NCBI GenBank assembly: GCA_017937705.1
Contig: JAGBDC010000016.1
Span: forward strand, 27,518 to 91,517
Reading direction: 5' to 3'
DNA: 64,000 nt
From: Alphaproteobacteria bacterium
Lineage (GTDB): Bacteria; Pseudomonadota; Alphaproteobacteria; RF32; CAG-239
Position numbers and translations under genes: made by a program. Numbering within the stretch: the stretch's first letter is position 1; every line of letters begins with the position of its first letter. The notes beneath the pieces were generated by a model that made no database searches, had not been told where the DNA came from, and was given only the letters and a program-made list of their open reading frames with translations. This document shows, in pieces, positions 19,503-29,026 of the stretch.

Positions 19503-20036
19503 ATGGATTTATACGAAGGATTGTTAACTCGTCGTTCGATTCGCAAGTATACGGATAAAAAAATTCCACATGACGTTCTGGAAGATATTATAAAAGCCGC
19601 ACAATATGCGCCATCAGCCCACAATAAACAATCATGGGAATTTTTGGTAATTGAAGATAAGGAAACTTTGGCAAGTTTGCGAGTTGTTCAACGTTGGACA
19701 TCTTTTGCTAAAGATGCTTCTTGTGCAATCATCGTGTGTGGCAACTTAAATAATGTTTTTTGTCGCGATAAAGATGGTGAAAAATGGGATTATGCAGATA
19801 TTGATTGTACCTTAGCTTCTCAAAACCTGATGTTAGCTGCTCACGCCAAAGGCATAGGAACTTGTTTTTGCGGAGCATCTCCAATGCCGTTAGTCATTGA
19901 AGGATTGCGAGAAAAATTGAATCTTCCCGAATATATTCGTCCGGTTTCCATTATTGTTATGGGATATCCTGACGAAACACCTGTTCAACCGAACAACAGA
20001 TACGTTGCCGAAAAAATACATTGGGAAAAATGGTAA
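19503..20036 (+). CDS. Nitroreductase family protein
   Basis: Protein of 177 aa with RRSIRKY...PSAHNKQSWEF. Confidence 0.8.
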   Translation: MDLYEGLLTRRSIRKYTDKKIPHDVLEDIIKAAQYAPSAHNKQSWEFLVIEDKETLASLRVVQRWTSFAKDASCAIIVCGNLNNVFCRDKDGEKWDYADIDCTLASQNLMLAAHAKGIGTCFCGASPMPLVIEGLREKLNLPEYIRPVSIIVMGYPDETPVQPNNRYVAEKIHWEKW

Positions 20037-20068
20037 AAAAAAAGAGGAGCATGAGCTCCTCTTTATTC
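20036..20068. terminator. Bidirectional intrinsic terminator
   Basis: AAGAGGAGC-aug-AGCUCCUCUU hairpin flanked by A and T runs, between two convergent genes. Confidence 0.6.
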
Positions 20069-20083
20069 AACTTCTACAATCCC

Positions 20084-20524
20084 TTACTTGCCGTAAATAA
20101 CAATGTAAAGGTCGCCCGATCCGGCTACGCCATCTTTTTTGTCGTAAGCCCAAATCCATTTGTACTTGGTTAACGGGTCTGCCATACCGGCGAACTCCTT
20201 AGCATCAGTAAGGTATTCAGCCTCTCCGACACTTTCAACAACTTCCATCTCACGACCGCTGACTTTAATGTTCATCTCTGTCAACTGTACATAGTAGTTG
20301 CCATCCTTGTCCTTAAGGATATCCGCCCAATCCGAAGTTTGTTTTCCGACAACCTTAAAAGCTTGCAGAAATTTTACTTCGCGAAACTCGTTCATATCGG
20401 TTCTAACCACGGTGTACTCATCATTGACTGTAAGAGTCACTCCGTTAACTTTAATAAAGTCATCAGCAAAAGCTGTTGACACAAAGCTACAAACACAAAC
20501 GATAATTGTAAGAAATTTTTTCAT
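20084..20524 (-). CDS. Secreted hypothetical protein
   Basis: Protein of 146 aa with signal peptide MKKFLTIIVCVCSFVSTAFA. Confidence 0.5.
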   Translation of the reverse strand: MKKFLTIIVCVCSFVSTAFADDFIKVNGVTLTVNDEYTVVRTDMNEFREVKFLQAFKVVGKQTSDWADILKDKDGNYYVQLTEMNIKVSGREMEVVESVGEAEYLTDAKEFAGMADPLTKYKWIWAYDKKDGVAGSGDLYIVIYGK

Positions 20525-20636
20525 AACTTTAATATATAATTATTTGGTTTAGAATGATATTGTACATTAAAAGTCTTTTTTTGTCAATATAGTCTAGCTT
20601 AACAAAGCTTAAAAATAGCTTGAAAAAAAATACTAA

Positions 20637-21716
<1,080 letters not shown>

Positions 21717-21724
21717 TCGTTATA

Positions 21725-21788
21725 CCCCGCAGGTATAAGAGCGGCTTTTGCCGCTCAATTACCGCGGGGATTTTTTATTTTTTTTAAG
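21725..21788 (+). terminator. Nested hairpin plus U-run between gap and pgk (partial terminator or attenuator)
   Basis: The outer stem CCCCGC(a)G/CGCGGGG encloses GCGGC-uuuu-GCCGC and is followed by UUUUUUAUUUUUUUU. Confidence 0.5.
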
Positions 21789-21798
21789 GAAACAATAA

Positions 21799-23007
21799 AT
21801 GAATTATAAAACAATTAATGATTTGGGCGATTTGCATAATAAAGTTGTTATGCTCCGTGCCGATTTAAATGTTCCTATGGACGAAAACTTTAACGTTACA
21901 AATACTGCTCGTATTGACAGAACAGTTCCCACAATCAAAGAACTCATGAGCAAAGGCGCAAAAGTTGTGGTTATTTCCCACTTTGGTCGTCCGGAAGGCA
22001 AAGGCGATATGAAAAACTCTCTCTCTCATATTGTTAGCGATTTGGAAAAAGCTCTCGGTAAAAAAGTTGTTTTTGTAGAAGATTGCATCGGCGAAAAAGT
22101 TGAACAAGCAGTAAAATCTATGAGCAACGACGAAGTTTTATTACTTGAAAATTTACGTTTTTATAACGAAGAAAAGAAAGGTGATGAAACTTTTGCTAAA
22201 GAATTGGTAAAGGTTGCTGATTTTTATGTTTCTGATGCATTCTCAACTGCACATAGAGCTCATGCTTCAATGGTTGCTGCAGCAAAAGAGCGTCCGGCAT
22301 CTATGGGACGTTTAATGGAAGAAGAAGTAAAAGCTCTTGAAGGTGCTTTATCTAACCCGACACGTCCGTTAATCGCTATCGTCGGCGGTTCTAAAGTATC
22401 CACAAAGTTAGACTTATTAAACAACTTGGTAAAGAAAGTTGATAAGTTGGTAATTTCAGGCGGTATGGCTCATACATTTATGAAGGCCAAAGGGATTGAT
22501 ACGGTTAATGAGGCTAACTCATTAGTTCAAATGGATATGATTGAAACCGCAAAAGAAATTATGACTGTTGCACAAGCAAACAACTGTGAAATTGTTTTGC
22601 CGGAAGATGTTGTTGTTTCTAAAGAGTTCAAACCTAATGCAGAGCACAAAACCGTTTCGTTGAACGATATTCCTTCAGAAGGTTGGAGCTTGTTGGATGT
22701 TGGCGAAAAGACAATCGCTGCCATCAGTGAAAAACTTGATGAATGCAAAACTCTGGTCTGGAACGGACCTCTCGGTGTGTTTGAAATGAAACCTTTTGAT
22801 AATGCAACCAACAAAGTTGCAGAACATGCCGCAGAACTTACACAAGCAGGAAAATTAATGTCTGTTGCCGGTGGTGGTGACACTGTTTCTGCTTTAGAAA
22901 ATGCAGGTGTTGCAAATAAGTTTTCTTATATTTCAACAGCCGGTGGTGCTTTTCTTGAATGGATGGAAGGAAAAGAACTTCCCGGTGTAGCTGTTTTGAA
23001 AAAATAA
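21799..23007 (+). CDS. pgk: Phosphoglycerate kinase
   Basis: Protein of 402 aa, conserved across the whole length. Confidence 0.95.
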   Translation: MNYKTINDLGDLHNKVVMLRADLNVPMDENFNVTNTARIDRTVPTIKELMSKGAKVVVISHFGRPEGKGDMKNSLSHIVSDLEKALGKKVVFVEDCIGEKVEQAVKSMSNDEVLLLENLRFYNEEKKGDETFAKELVKVADFYVSDAFSTAHRAHASMVAAAKERPASMGRLMEEEVKALEGALSNPTRPLIAIVGGSKVSTKLDLLNNLVKKVDKLVISGGMAHTFMKAKGIDTVNEANSLVQMDMIETAKEIMTVAQANNCEIVLPEDVVVSKEFKPNAEHKTVSLNDIPSEGWSLLDVGEKTIAAISEKLDECKTLVWNGPLGVFEMKPFDNATNKVAEHAAELTQAGKLMSVAGGGDTVSALENAGVANKFSYISTAGGAFLEWMEGKELPGVAVLKK

Positions 23008-23029
23008 GAAATTTTCATAAAATGCAAAA

Positions 23030-23064
23030 AAAGACATATGGTTTTCCATATGTCTTTTTTTTGT
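23030..23064. terminator. pgk intrinsic terminator (bidirectional)
   Basis: AGACAUAUGG-uuuu-CCAUAUGUCU hairpin with an A-run upstream and a U-run downstream. Confidence 0.65.
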
Positions 23065-23077
23065 TGCGGTGATAAGT

Positions 23078-23539
23078 TTAGTTAGTGTAGCAATCAGCCA
23101 CAATTAACACACTATGGTCGAAAATACGCACCCAATACACGTTCACATACCAAACCCAATAATCGAGTGTTTCTTTCCATACAGGATTATCGTGCTTTGA
23201 CCATGCATCATAAACCTGCTCTGACGGGAACAATTTTTGCAACTCAGCCTTGAGCTTAAATTCATCCGGACGAGCCACACATTCTGAGGCCATTGGAAGA
23301 CGGTGAGCACATTCATCACTGAAGTCTTCAATCACATAATCGTGAGCTTTTACTTCTCGATAACGTCTCATTGCGTTGTCAGCCTCTCTCAACAAATCAA
23401 CAATTTTTCGTTGATTTTCACTTGAGAAGAAACGCGCTAACTCTGGCTCATTTGCAGCCACTAAATGACGATAGGCAACTCTGTTTGCACAAATCTTTCC
23501 CTTTTTTACGAACTTGTAGTTTTGAAAGTTTTTAATCAT
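23078..23539 (-). CDS. Hypothetical protein
   Basis: Track ORF of 153 aa. It has no recognisable domain and is Trp/Tyr-rich at the C-terminus. Confidence 0.4.
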   Translation of the reverse strand: MIKNFQNYKFVKKGKICANRVAYRHLVAANEPELARFFSSENQRKIVDLLREADNAMRRYREVKAHDYVIEDFSDECAHRLPMASECVARPDEFKLKAELQKLFPSEQVYDAWSKHDNPVWKETLDYWVWYVNVYWVRIFDHSVLIVADCYTN

Positions 23540-23640
23540 AAATCAGAATAATATTTTTTAAGTTAGGTTTTAGCGGGATAAATCCCTTTTTTGACTTAAC
23601 ATCTTCGGCTTTCACCGAAGATGTATCTCTGAATAAAGAA

Positions 23641-24042
23641 CTAGAGCTTAAACAGCATTCCGGCAGTCTCTTCATGACATCCCATAAACTGGACTTTGCC
23701 ACTACCAAGCTCATAAGCCTCCATGTTCTCAACTTTGTCGGCAGCTGTCCAGATAACGTTCTTATGAGAAATCTGGAAACCGCAATCACACTTCTTAAGC
23801 ATCATTCGAACACCGCTCAAGCGACTGCTTATAATCTTGATATCTTCAGGACTTAACAGCTTCTTCTCAAATATTTCGGCATAATCAACCGCCATAGAAG
23901 CAGAAAAATCCTCCAACATACCTTCCGTAAGCAAGCAACAATTTTCAGAAATTCGAATTGCTTTTACAACTTTTTCTTCGATAAAATCGACAGACTCTGT
24001 GTTATCCGTATAGACAAACAGAAATTTAAATTTTTCTTTCAT
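23641..24042 (-). CDS. Hypothetical protein
   Basis: Track ORF of 133 aa with no recognisable domain. Confidence 0.4.
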   Translation of the reverse strand: MKEKFKFLFVYTDNTESVDFIEEKVVKAIRISENCCLLTEGMLEDFSASMAVDYAEIFEKKLLSPEDIKIISSRLSGVRMMLKKCDCGFQISHKNVIWTAADKVENMEAYELGSGKVQFMGCHEETAGMLFKL

Positions 24043-24111
24043 AATTGATTCATAATTGATTTGACTTCTGCTAGTATAGACAAAATTTTCACAAAAAGCA
24101 ACAGTGTTTTT

Positions 24112-24146
24112 ACAAAAAAAAGAGGAACATCTCTGCTCCTCTTTTC
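24112..24146 (-). terminator. rplQ intrinsic terminator
   Basis: On the minus strand, AGAGGA-gcagagaugu-UCCUCU followed by UUUUUUUU, just after the rplQ stop codon. Confidence 0.5.
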
Positions 24147-24164
24147 AAATCAAAGATATAAATC

Positions 24165-24602
24165 TTATTCTGCTTTTTCAGCAGCTTCTGCAGCAGCTTT
24201 TTCAGCAGCTACACGAGCTTTATCTTTAGCACCTTTAGCATTAACATCTCTGTCAACCAATTCGATGATTGCCATTGGAGCCGCATCGCCATAGCGGATA
24301 CCTGCTTTTAATACACGTGTATAACCACCATTACGAGAGCTGTAACGTTCTGCCAAAGTAGAAAACAACTTAGAAACAACTTCTTCGTCGCGCAAAAAGG
24401 CCAAAGCCAAACGACGACTATTCAAATCACCTTTTTTAGCAAAGGTAATCATGTTGTCAGCAAAAGTTCTCAATTCTTTAGCACGTGGCAAAGTAATTTT
24501 GATTTGTTCATGATTCAACAATGCGCAAGTCAAGTTAGAGAACAAAGCTCTTCTTTGGCTGGTCGGCATATTAAATTTTCTATGTGCATCACCATGTCTC
24601 AT
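24165..24602 (-). CDS. rplQ: 50S ribosomal protein L17
   Basis: The conserved start is MRHGDAHRKFN. The track ORF carries a spurious 55-aa N-terminal extension up to 24767. Confidence 0.9.
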   Translation of the reverse strand: MRHGDAHRKFNMPTSQRRALFSNLTCALLNHEQIKITLPRAKELRTFADNMITFAKKGDLNSRRLALAFLRDEEVVSKLFSTLAERYSSRNGGYTRVLKAGIRYGDAAPMAIIELVDRDVNAKGAKDKARVAAEKAAAEAAEKAE

Positions 24603-24744
24603 GGCATTTTCCTTTCTTCTATAAACTGTGCTTTGACAGGCAAAGCGGATAAAACACCGGTCTTTACTACGGAGTCGCTTTGCGACCATACATAAAAACC
24701 CACTCTTTCGAAACGGCTTATAACACACAACTTTTTGAAAAGCA

Positions 24745-24776
24745 AGAAAAAACGTCACATTTTTCAATGTGACGCA
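24745..24776 (-). terminator. Intrinsic terminator of the small membrane-protein gene, upstream of the rplQ leader
   Basis: On the minus strand, CGUCACAUU-gaaaa-AUGUGACG followed by UUUUUUCU. Confidence 0.55.
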
Positions 24777-24793
24777 TTAAAGATTGTAAAAGC

Positions 24794-25090
24794 TTATTCT
24801 TTTTCAAGAGCCTCTTTATTAAGCTCATTATATTCTTTTAAGCATTTACGTGACTTTTTATAACAAGACCAAAGGCCTATATCACAAAAGATCATCAACA
24901 GCCCCATAAATCCTATACCCAATTTTGAGTAAAGCGGCATTGTAACCACAGGAGGTGTTACAATAGCATACACAATACCCGCACAACCTATTATGGTTAG
25001 AAGCAGAGCGGTCAAAAACGTTACCTTTTGATTTCTTACATTTGCGGCCATACGAGCGACAATGTTTTTTTCGAAATTTTTCATACGCAA
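24794..25090 (-). CDS. Small two-TM membrane protein, hypothetical
   Basis: Track ORF of 98 aa with two hydrophobic helices. Confidence 0.4.
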   Translation of the reverse strand: MRMKNFEKNIVARMAANVRNQKVTFLTALLLTIIGCAGIVYAIVTPPVVTMPLYSKLGIGFMGLLMIFCDIGLWSCYKKSRKCLKEYNELNKEALEKE

Positions 25091-25173
25091 AATGTTAGTT
25101 AATAATATTCTTTAGTGGACAAATGATAGCAAATTTGATTAAAAAGTCAATAAATCAAATCAGGAGAATACAA

Positions 25174-25611
25174 ATGAAATTGCTGATACAAAGAGTAAAA
25201 AAAGCTTCGGTTAATGTAAATAACGATACTGTCGGAAAAATAGAACAAGGGATTTTAATTTTTATCGGAGTTTGCAAAGAAGATACTAAAGAACAAGCCG
25301 ATTTTCTCGCACGTAAAGCTGCAAACTTACGAATTTTTGAAGATGAAAACGGAAAAATGAATTTGTCTGTTAAAGATATAAAAGGTGAAGCATTGGTTAT
25401 CTCTCAGTTTACTCTTGCCGGAGATTGTACCCGAGGAAACCGTCCCGGATTTGACAAAGCTGCACATCCCGATATTGCCAAACCAATGTATGAATATTTT
25501 TCGGAACAATTACGTAATGAAAATATAAAAGTTGAAAACGGAATTTTTCAAGCAGATATGCAAGTAAGTTTAATTAATGATGGTCCGGTTACTTTCATTT
25601 TGGAAAAATGA
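25174..25611 (+). CDS. dtd: D-aminoacyl-tRNA deacylase
   Basis: Start at MKLLIQRVKKASV. It carries the SQFTL motif and the ...NDGPVTF C-terminus. It is oriented opposite to the flanking genes. Confidence 0.85.
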   Translation: MKLLIQRVKKASVNVNNDTVGKIEQGILIFIGVCKEDTKEQADFLARKAANLRIFEDENGKMNLSVKDIKGEALVISQFTLAGDCTRGNRPGFDKAAHPDIAKPMYEYFSEQLRNENIKVENGIFQADMQVSLINDGPVTFILEK

Positions 25612-25626
25612 TAATCATACTCAAAT

Positions 25627-26043
25627 TTAATTACAAATTTTATACAATGCATTAATTATTGTTTTAACTTTTTTAAGGTTATTCTTGTTTTGCAAAAAAC
25701 AGATGATTTCTTGCCATTTTTCTGTTTCCGAATATATATTTTTGCTAATAACAGAATAGTTATCTCCTCGAGGGCTCATTAATTTTATTTTTTCAGGCAT
25801 ATTTTCATAAAAATAACCGACCGGAACACCTAAAACCACTGAAAAATCATATAATCTACTGGCACTTATTCGATTCGCCCCGTTTTCATATTTTTGTAAT
25901 TGCTGAAAACTAATATTGATATTTTGAGCCAATCTTTCCTGAGTTAATCCTAGTTCCAGTCTTCGCAACTTTATTCTGTTGCCCACATATACATCAATCG
26001 GATTCGGTCTTCCGTCTGCTTGTTTTCCACGATTCTGTTTCAT
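25627..26043 (-). CDS. XRE-family (Cro/C1-type HTH) transcriptional regulator
   Basis: LGLTQERLAQNINISFQQLQKYENGANRIS forms a helix-turn-helix. The likely start is the ATG at 26043, with an AAGAGG RBS 5 nt upstream. The track gives an upstream GTG start. Confidence 0.7.
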   Translation of the reverse strand: MKQNRGKQADGRPNPIDVYVGNRIKLRRLELGLTQERLAQNINISFQQLQKYENGANRISASRLYDFSVVLGVPVGYFYENMPEKIKLMSPRGDNYSVISKNIYSETEKWQEIICFLQNKNNLKKVKTIINALYKICN

Positions 26044-26061
26044 TCCCACCTCTTAAAAAAA

Positions 26062-26290
26062 AAGAAAAGTCACTTGATGAGAGTGACTGGGAGCTGAAAA
26101 CTACACAACAATAGTGCGACTTATTACCGCATGGCTATTAGGTCGCCTCCCAGTCATAAGACCAAAAGGCAACCAAGTTTCGTCTTGATTAGACGTGCTG
26201 TGAAAGGTTTTCAGACCTTAAAACGTTCATCACTCGTTTCAAAAAGAATCTATAAAATAAACTGATAAAAGTAAAGAAAAATAAAAATTG
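26062..26290 (-). ncRNA. Candidate structured leader RNA or sRNA of about 200 nt ending in an intrinsic terminator that abuts the RBS of the XRE gene
   Basis: On the minus strand there are local hairpins AAGGU-cugaaa-ACCUU and CGUCU-aauca-AGACG. A long-range stem CUGGGAGGCGACC...GUCGC...CUCCCAG is also present. The terminator is AGUCACU-cucauca-AGUGACU followed by UUUUCUUUUUUUUU. GC content is higher than the flanking DNA. Confidence 0.35.
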
Positions 26291-26295
26291 CCACC

Positions 26296-26333
26296 AAAAA
26301 AGCCTCTTTTCTAAGGAAAAGAGGCTTTTGCAA
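26296..26333 (-). terminator. rpoA intrinsic terminator (bidirectional)
   Basis: AAGCCUCUUUU-ccuua-GAAAAGAGGCUU, an 11-bp stem plus a U-run, placed 13 nt after the rpoA stop codon. Confidence 0.7.
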
Positions 26334-26345
26334 AAGATATATGTA

Positions 26346-27356
26346 TTAGAAATGATCATCTACTCTTTTAATCAATTCTTCAATATTCTCAGGTGGCCAT
26401 CCCGGGGTATCCATACCAAGGTGAATACCCATCTTAGCCAATACTTCTTTAATTTCATTCAAAGATTTACGACCGAAGTTTGGAGTTCTCAACATTTCAG
26501 CTTCTGTTTTTTGAACCAAATCACCGATATAAACAATATTATCGTTTTTGAGACAATTTGCAGAACGAACTGACAATTCGAGTTCTTCAACCTTTTTCAA
26601 CAAATTCTTGTTGAACGGTAATTCTTCTTTTTCTTCTTCCACTTCATTTTCCGGTTCATCGAAATTAATAAACGGTTTTAATTGATCTTGAAGAATACGA
26701 GCAGAGAAAGCTACTGCATCTTCAGGGGTAACAACACCGTTTGTTTCAACAACCAATGTCAATTTGTCATAGTCTGTAACTTGACCAACACGAGTATTAT
26801 CCACACGATAAGAAACACGTTTTACCGGAGAATAAATAGCATCAACAGCTATCAAACCGATAGGAGCATCTGCTGGCTTGTTCTGACTAGCAGGGACATA
26901 ACCTTTACCTGTGTTAACAGTCAATTCCATATTAATTTTAGCACCTGCATCAAGGTTACAAATAACCAAGTCAGGGTTCATGATTTCAACATCGTGACCG
27001 GTTTCAATCATAGATGCAGTAACCGCACAAGGACCTTCTGCTTTTAATGTCATTGTTCTTGTACCTTCGCTGTGAACAGCAACGGCCAAGCATTTAACAT
27101 TAAGCACAATGTCGGTTACATCTTCTCTAACACCGGGGATAACCGAAAATTCATGTAAAACACCGTCAATCTTAATTGCGGTAACTGCACCGCCTTGTAA
27201 AGAAGACAATAAAATTCTTCTCAATGCATTACCCAGAGTAAGACCGAAGCCTCTCTCCAAAGGTTCAACAACTATTTTAGCTTTGTTGCCGCCTTCGCTG
27301 GGAACAATTTCTAAATTAGTCGGTTTAATAAGTTCTTGCCAATTCTTTTGAATCAC
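26346..27356 (-). CDS. rpoA: DNA-directed RNA polymerase alpha subunit
   Basis: Protein of 336 aa with conserved N-terminal and C-terminal domains. Confidence 0.95.
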   Translation of the reverse strand: MIQKNWQELIKPTNLEIVPSEGGNKAKIVVEPLERGFGLTLGNALRRILLSSLQGGAVTAIKIDGVLHEFSVIPGVREDVTDIVLNVKCLAVAVHSEGTRTMTLKAEGPCAVTASMIETGHDVEIMNPDLVICNLDAGAKINMELTVNTGKGYVPASQNKPADAPIGLIAVDAIYSPVKRVSYRVDNTRVGQVTDYDKLTLVVETNGVVTPEDAVAFSARILQDQLKPFINFDEPENEVEEEKEELPFNKNLLKKVEELELSVRSANCLKNDNIVYIGDLVQKTEAEMLRTPNFGRKSLNEIKEVLAKMGIHLGMDTPGWPPENIEELIKRVDDHF

Positions 27357-27447
27357 TGGGATATCCTCTATTTTTTAGTGCATGCTATATTACGAAAATC
27401 AAAAGACGGCGAGGCCGACTCCTGCCAGCCCCACTATCATAAATCTA

Positions 27448-27831
27448 TTATACGCGGCGGCGTTTACGCAAACGACAACCGTTGTGTGGAATCGGAGTTA
27501 CATCACGAATCGTTGTAATTGTAAAACCAATAACTTGCAAAGCTCTGATAGCAGATTCACGACCAGAACCCGGTCCTTTAACTTCTACTTCAAGAGTTTT
27601 CACACCACACTCCATAGCCTTTCTTCCGGCATCTTCAGCAGCTACTTGAGCAGCATAAGGTGTAGACTTACGAGAGCCTTTGAAACCTTGTGCGCCTGCA
27701 GTAGCCCAAGAAACGGTATTGCCTTGAGCGTCTGTAATTGTAATACGAGTATTATTGAAAGTAGAATTCACATGTGCGACACCAGCTGTGATATTCTTCT
27801 TTTCTTTTTTCTTCTGTGTTGCTTTTGCCAT
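27448..27831 (-). CDS. rpsK: 30S ribosomal protein S11
   Basis: Protein of 127 aa, conserved. Confidence 0.95.
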   Translation of the reverse strand: MAKATQKKKEKKNITAGVAHVNSTFNNTRITITDAQGNTVSWATAGAQGFKGSRKSTPYAAQVAAEDAGRKAMECGVKTLEVEVKGPGSGRESAIRALQVIGFTITTIRDVTPIPHNGCRLRKRRRV

Positions 27832-27849
27832 TTGGGAACCTACCTCTTA

Positions 27850-28218
27850 TTATTTCTTCTTATTGGCGACAGTTTTACGTTTACCCTTACGAGTACGAGC
27901 ATTTTGTTTTGTACTCTGTCCACGAACAGGTAAACCTTTACGATGTCTCAAACCTCTGTAACAACCAAGATCCATAAGTCTCTTGATGTTAACACCAACT
28001 TCACGACGCAATTCACCTTCTACGAGGTAATCACGGTCAATCACTTCACGTACTTTAGCAACGTCTTCATCAGACATATCGCCAACACGCACGTCTGGGT
28101 TGACTCCCGATTTTGCACAAATATCTTGAGCATTTTTTCTACCGATACCAAATATGTAAGTCAAAGCTATTTCAATCTTTTTGGCAGTCGGAATATTTAC
28201 ACCAGCTATACGAGCCAA
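27850..28218 (-). CDS. rpsM: 30S ribosomal protein S13
   Basis: Protein of 122 aa starting [10 protein letters not shown]. It follows adk directly, with no infA or rpmJ. Confidence 0.95.
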   Translation of the reverse strand: MARIAGVNIPTAKKIEIALTYIFGIGRKNAQDICAKSGVNPDVRVGDMSDEDVAKVREVIDRDYLVEGELRREVGVNIKRLMDLGCYRGLRHRKGLPVRGQSTKQNARTRKGKRKTVANKKK

Positions 28219-28342
28219 ATTTCATCTCCATTAATTAAAATATTAAACTCAAAAAGTTGATCACCACTTTTCAAAAGTTAGCCGGATTATATGCCAATAT
28301 TTGTTAGTGTCAACCATTATCTTTAAGCATTTATTAAAAAAA

Positions 28343-29026
28343 TTACAAATGCTCTTTCAAATTCAGCAGCTTATCGATACGAGCAGCGACCACATCAACC
28401 GTTCCGTTACCGTCTACACTGCGCAAAACCCCTTTATCCCGATAGTACGAAATAGTCGGATATGTAAAATCTCGATATTTCACTAAACGTTTTTCTACGG
28501 TTTCCTTTGTATCATCGAGTCGTTTTGAAAACTTAAAACCGCCACATATATCACATACACCGGCAACTTTAGGTTTATGAAACTTATCACTATAATTCTC
28601 ACCACATGTAACACATGTATAACGGCCCATGATGCGATCAACAATAATTTCATCAGGAACCAATATTTCTAAAACAGCGTCTAATTTGATTCCTTTTTCA
28701 GCGAGCATTCCATCCAAAAATTCTGCCTGCTTGATTGTTCTTGGAAAACCGTCCAAAATAAACCCATTAACACAATCAGGCTCTTCGATTCGACGAGAAA
28801 CCATTTCAATTATCAGTTCGTCGGGAGCAAAATTTCCACCAGCCAATAGCGGTTCTAATTTTTTTCCAACTTCAGAACCTTTTCGAATTTCATCTCTTAA
28901 CATTTCTCCTGCCGACAAATGGCATATACCGAACTCCCTTTTCAAAACACCGGCTTGAGTACCTTTGCCTGTTCCGGGAGCTCCGGTTATAACCAAATGC
29001 AGACCTTTATTTTGGCCTATAAACAT
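28343..29026 (-). CDS. adk: Adenylate kinase (long zinc-lid type)
   Basis: P-loop GAPGTGKGTQ with Cys4 lid CVTCGENY...CDICGG. Confidence 0.9.
   Translation of the reverse strand: MFIGQNKGLHLVITGAPGTGKGTQAGVLKREFGICHLSAGEMLRDEIRKGSEVGKKLEPLLAGGNFAPDELIIEMVSRRIEEPDCVNGFILDGFPRTIKQAEFLDGMLAEKGIKLDAVLEILVPDEIIVDRIMGRYTCVTCGENYSDKFHKPKVAGVCDICGGFKFSKRLDDTKETVEKRLVKYRDFTYPTISYYRDKGVLRSVDGNGTVDVVAARIDKLLNLKEHL

Noticed and set aside
23573-23592. GGGAU-aa-AUCCC plus U-run as a plus-strand terminator
   Set aside because: The stem is only 5 bp with a 2-nt loop. That is too weak, and no plus-strand gene ends nearby.
24603-24767. 55-aa N-terminal extension of the L17 ORF (200-aa track ORF)
   Set aside because: Conserved L17 begins at MRHGDAHRKF. 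The extension spans a terminator and a leader and is not coding.
26062-26290. Possibility that the structured RNA is tmRNA (smpB is in the window), 6S, SRP RNA or a tRNA
   Set aside because: It lacks the tRNA-like 3' end (GGTTCGAATCC.../CCA) and a recognisable tag reading frame, and lacks the SRP domain IV motif. Its size and shape do not fit RNase P or 6S RNA. I therefore left it as an unclassified leader or sRNA candidate.
27382-27933. 183-aa plus-strand ORF overlapping rpsK and rpsM on the opposite strand; similar antisense ORFs in r-protein genes (for example 34438-34860, 35801-36159)
   Set aside because: They are antisense to universally conserved ribosomal protein genes. Ser/Thr/Cys-rich composition is typical of shadow frames.
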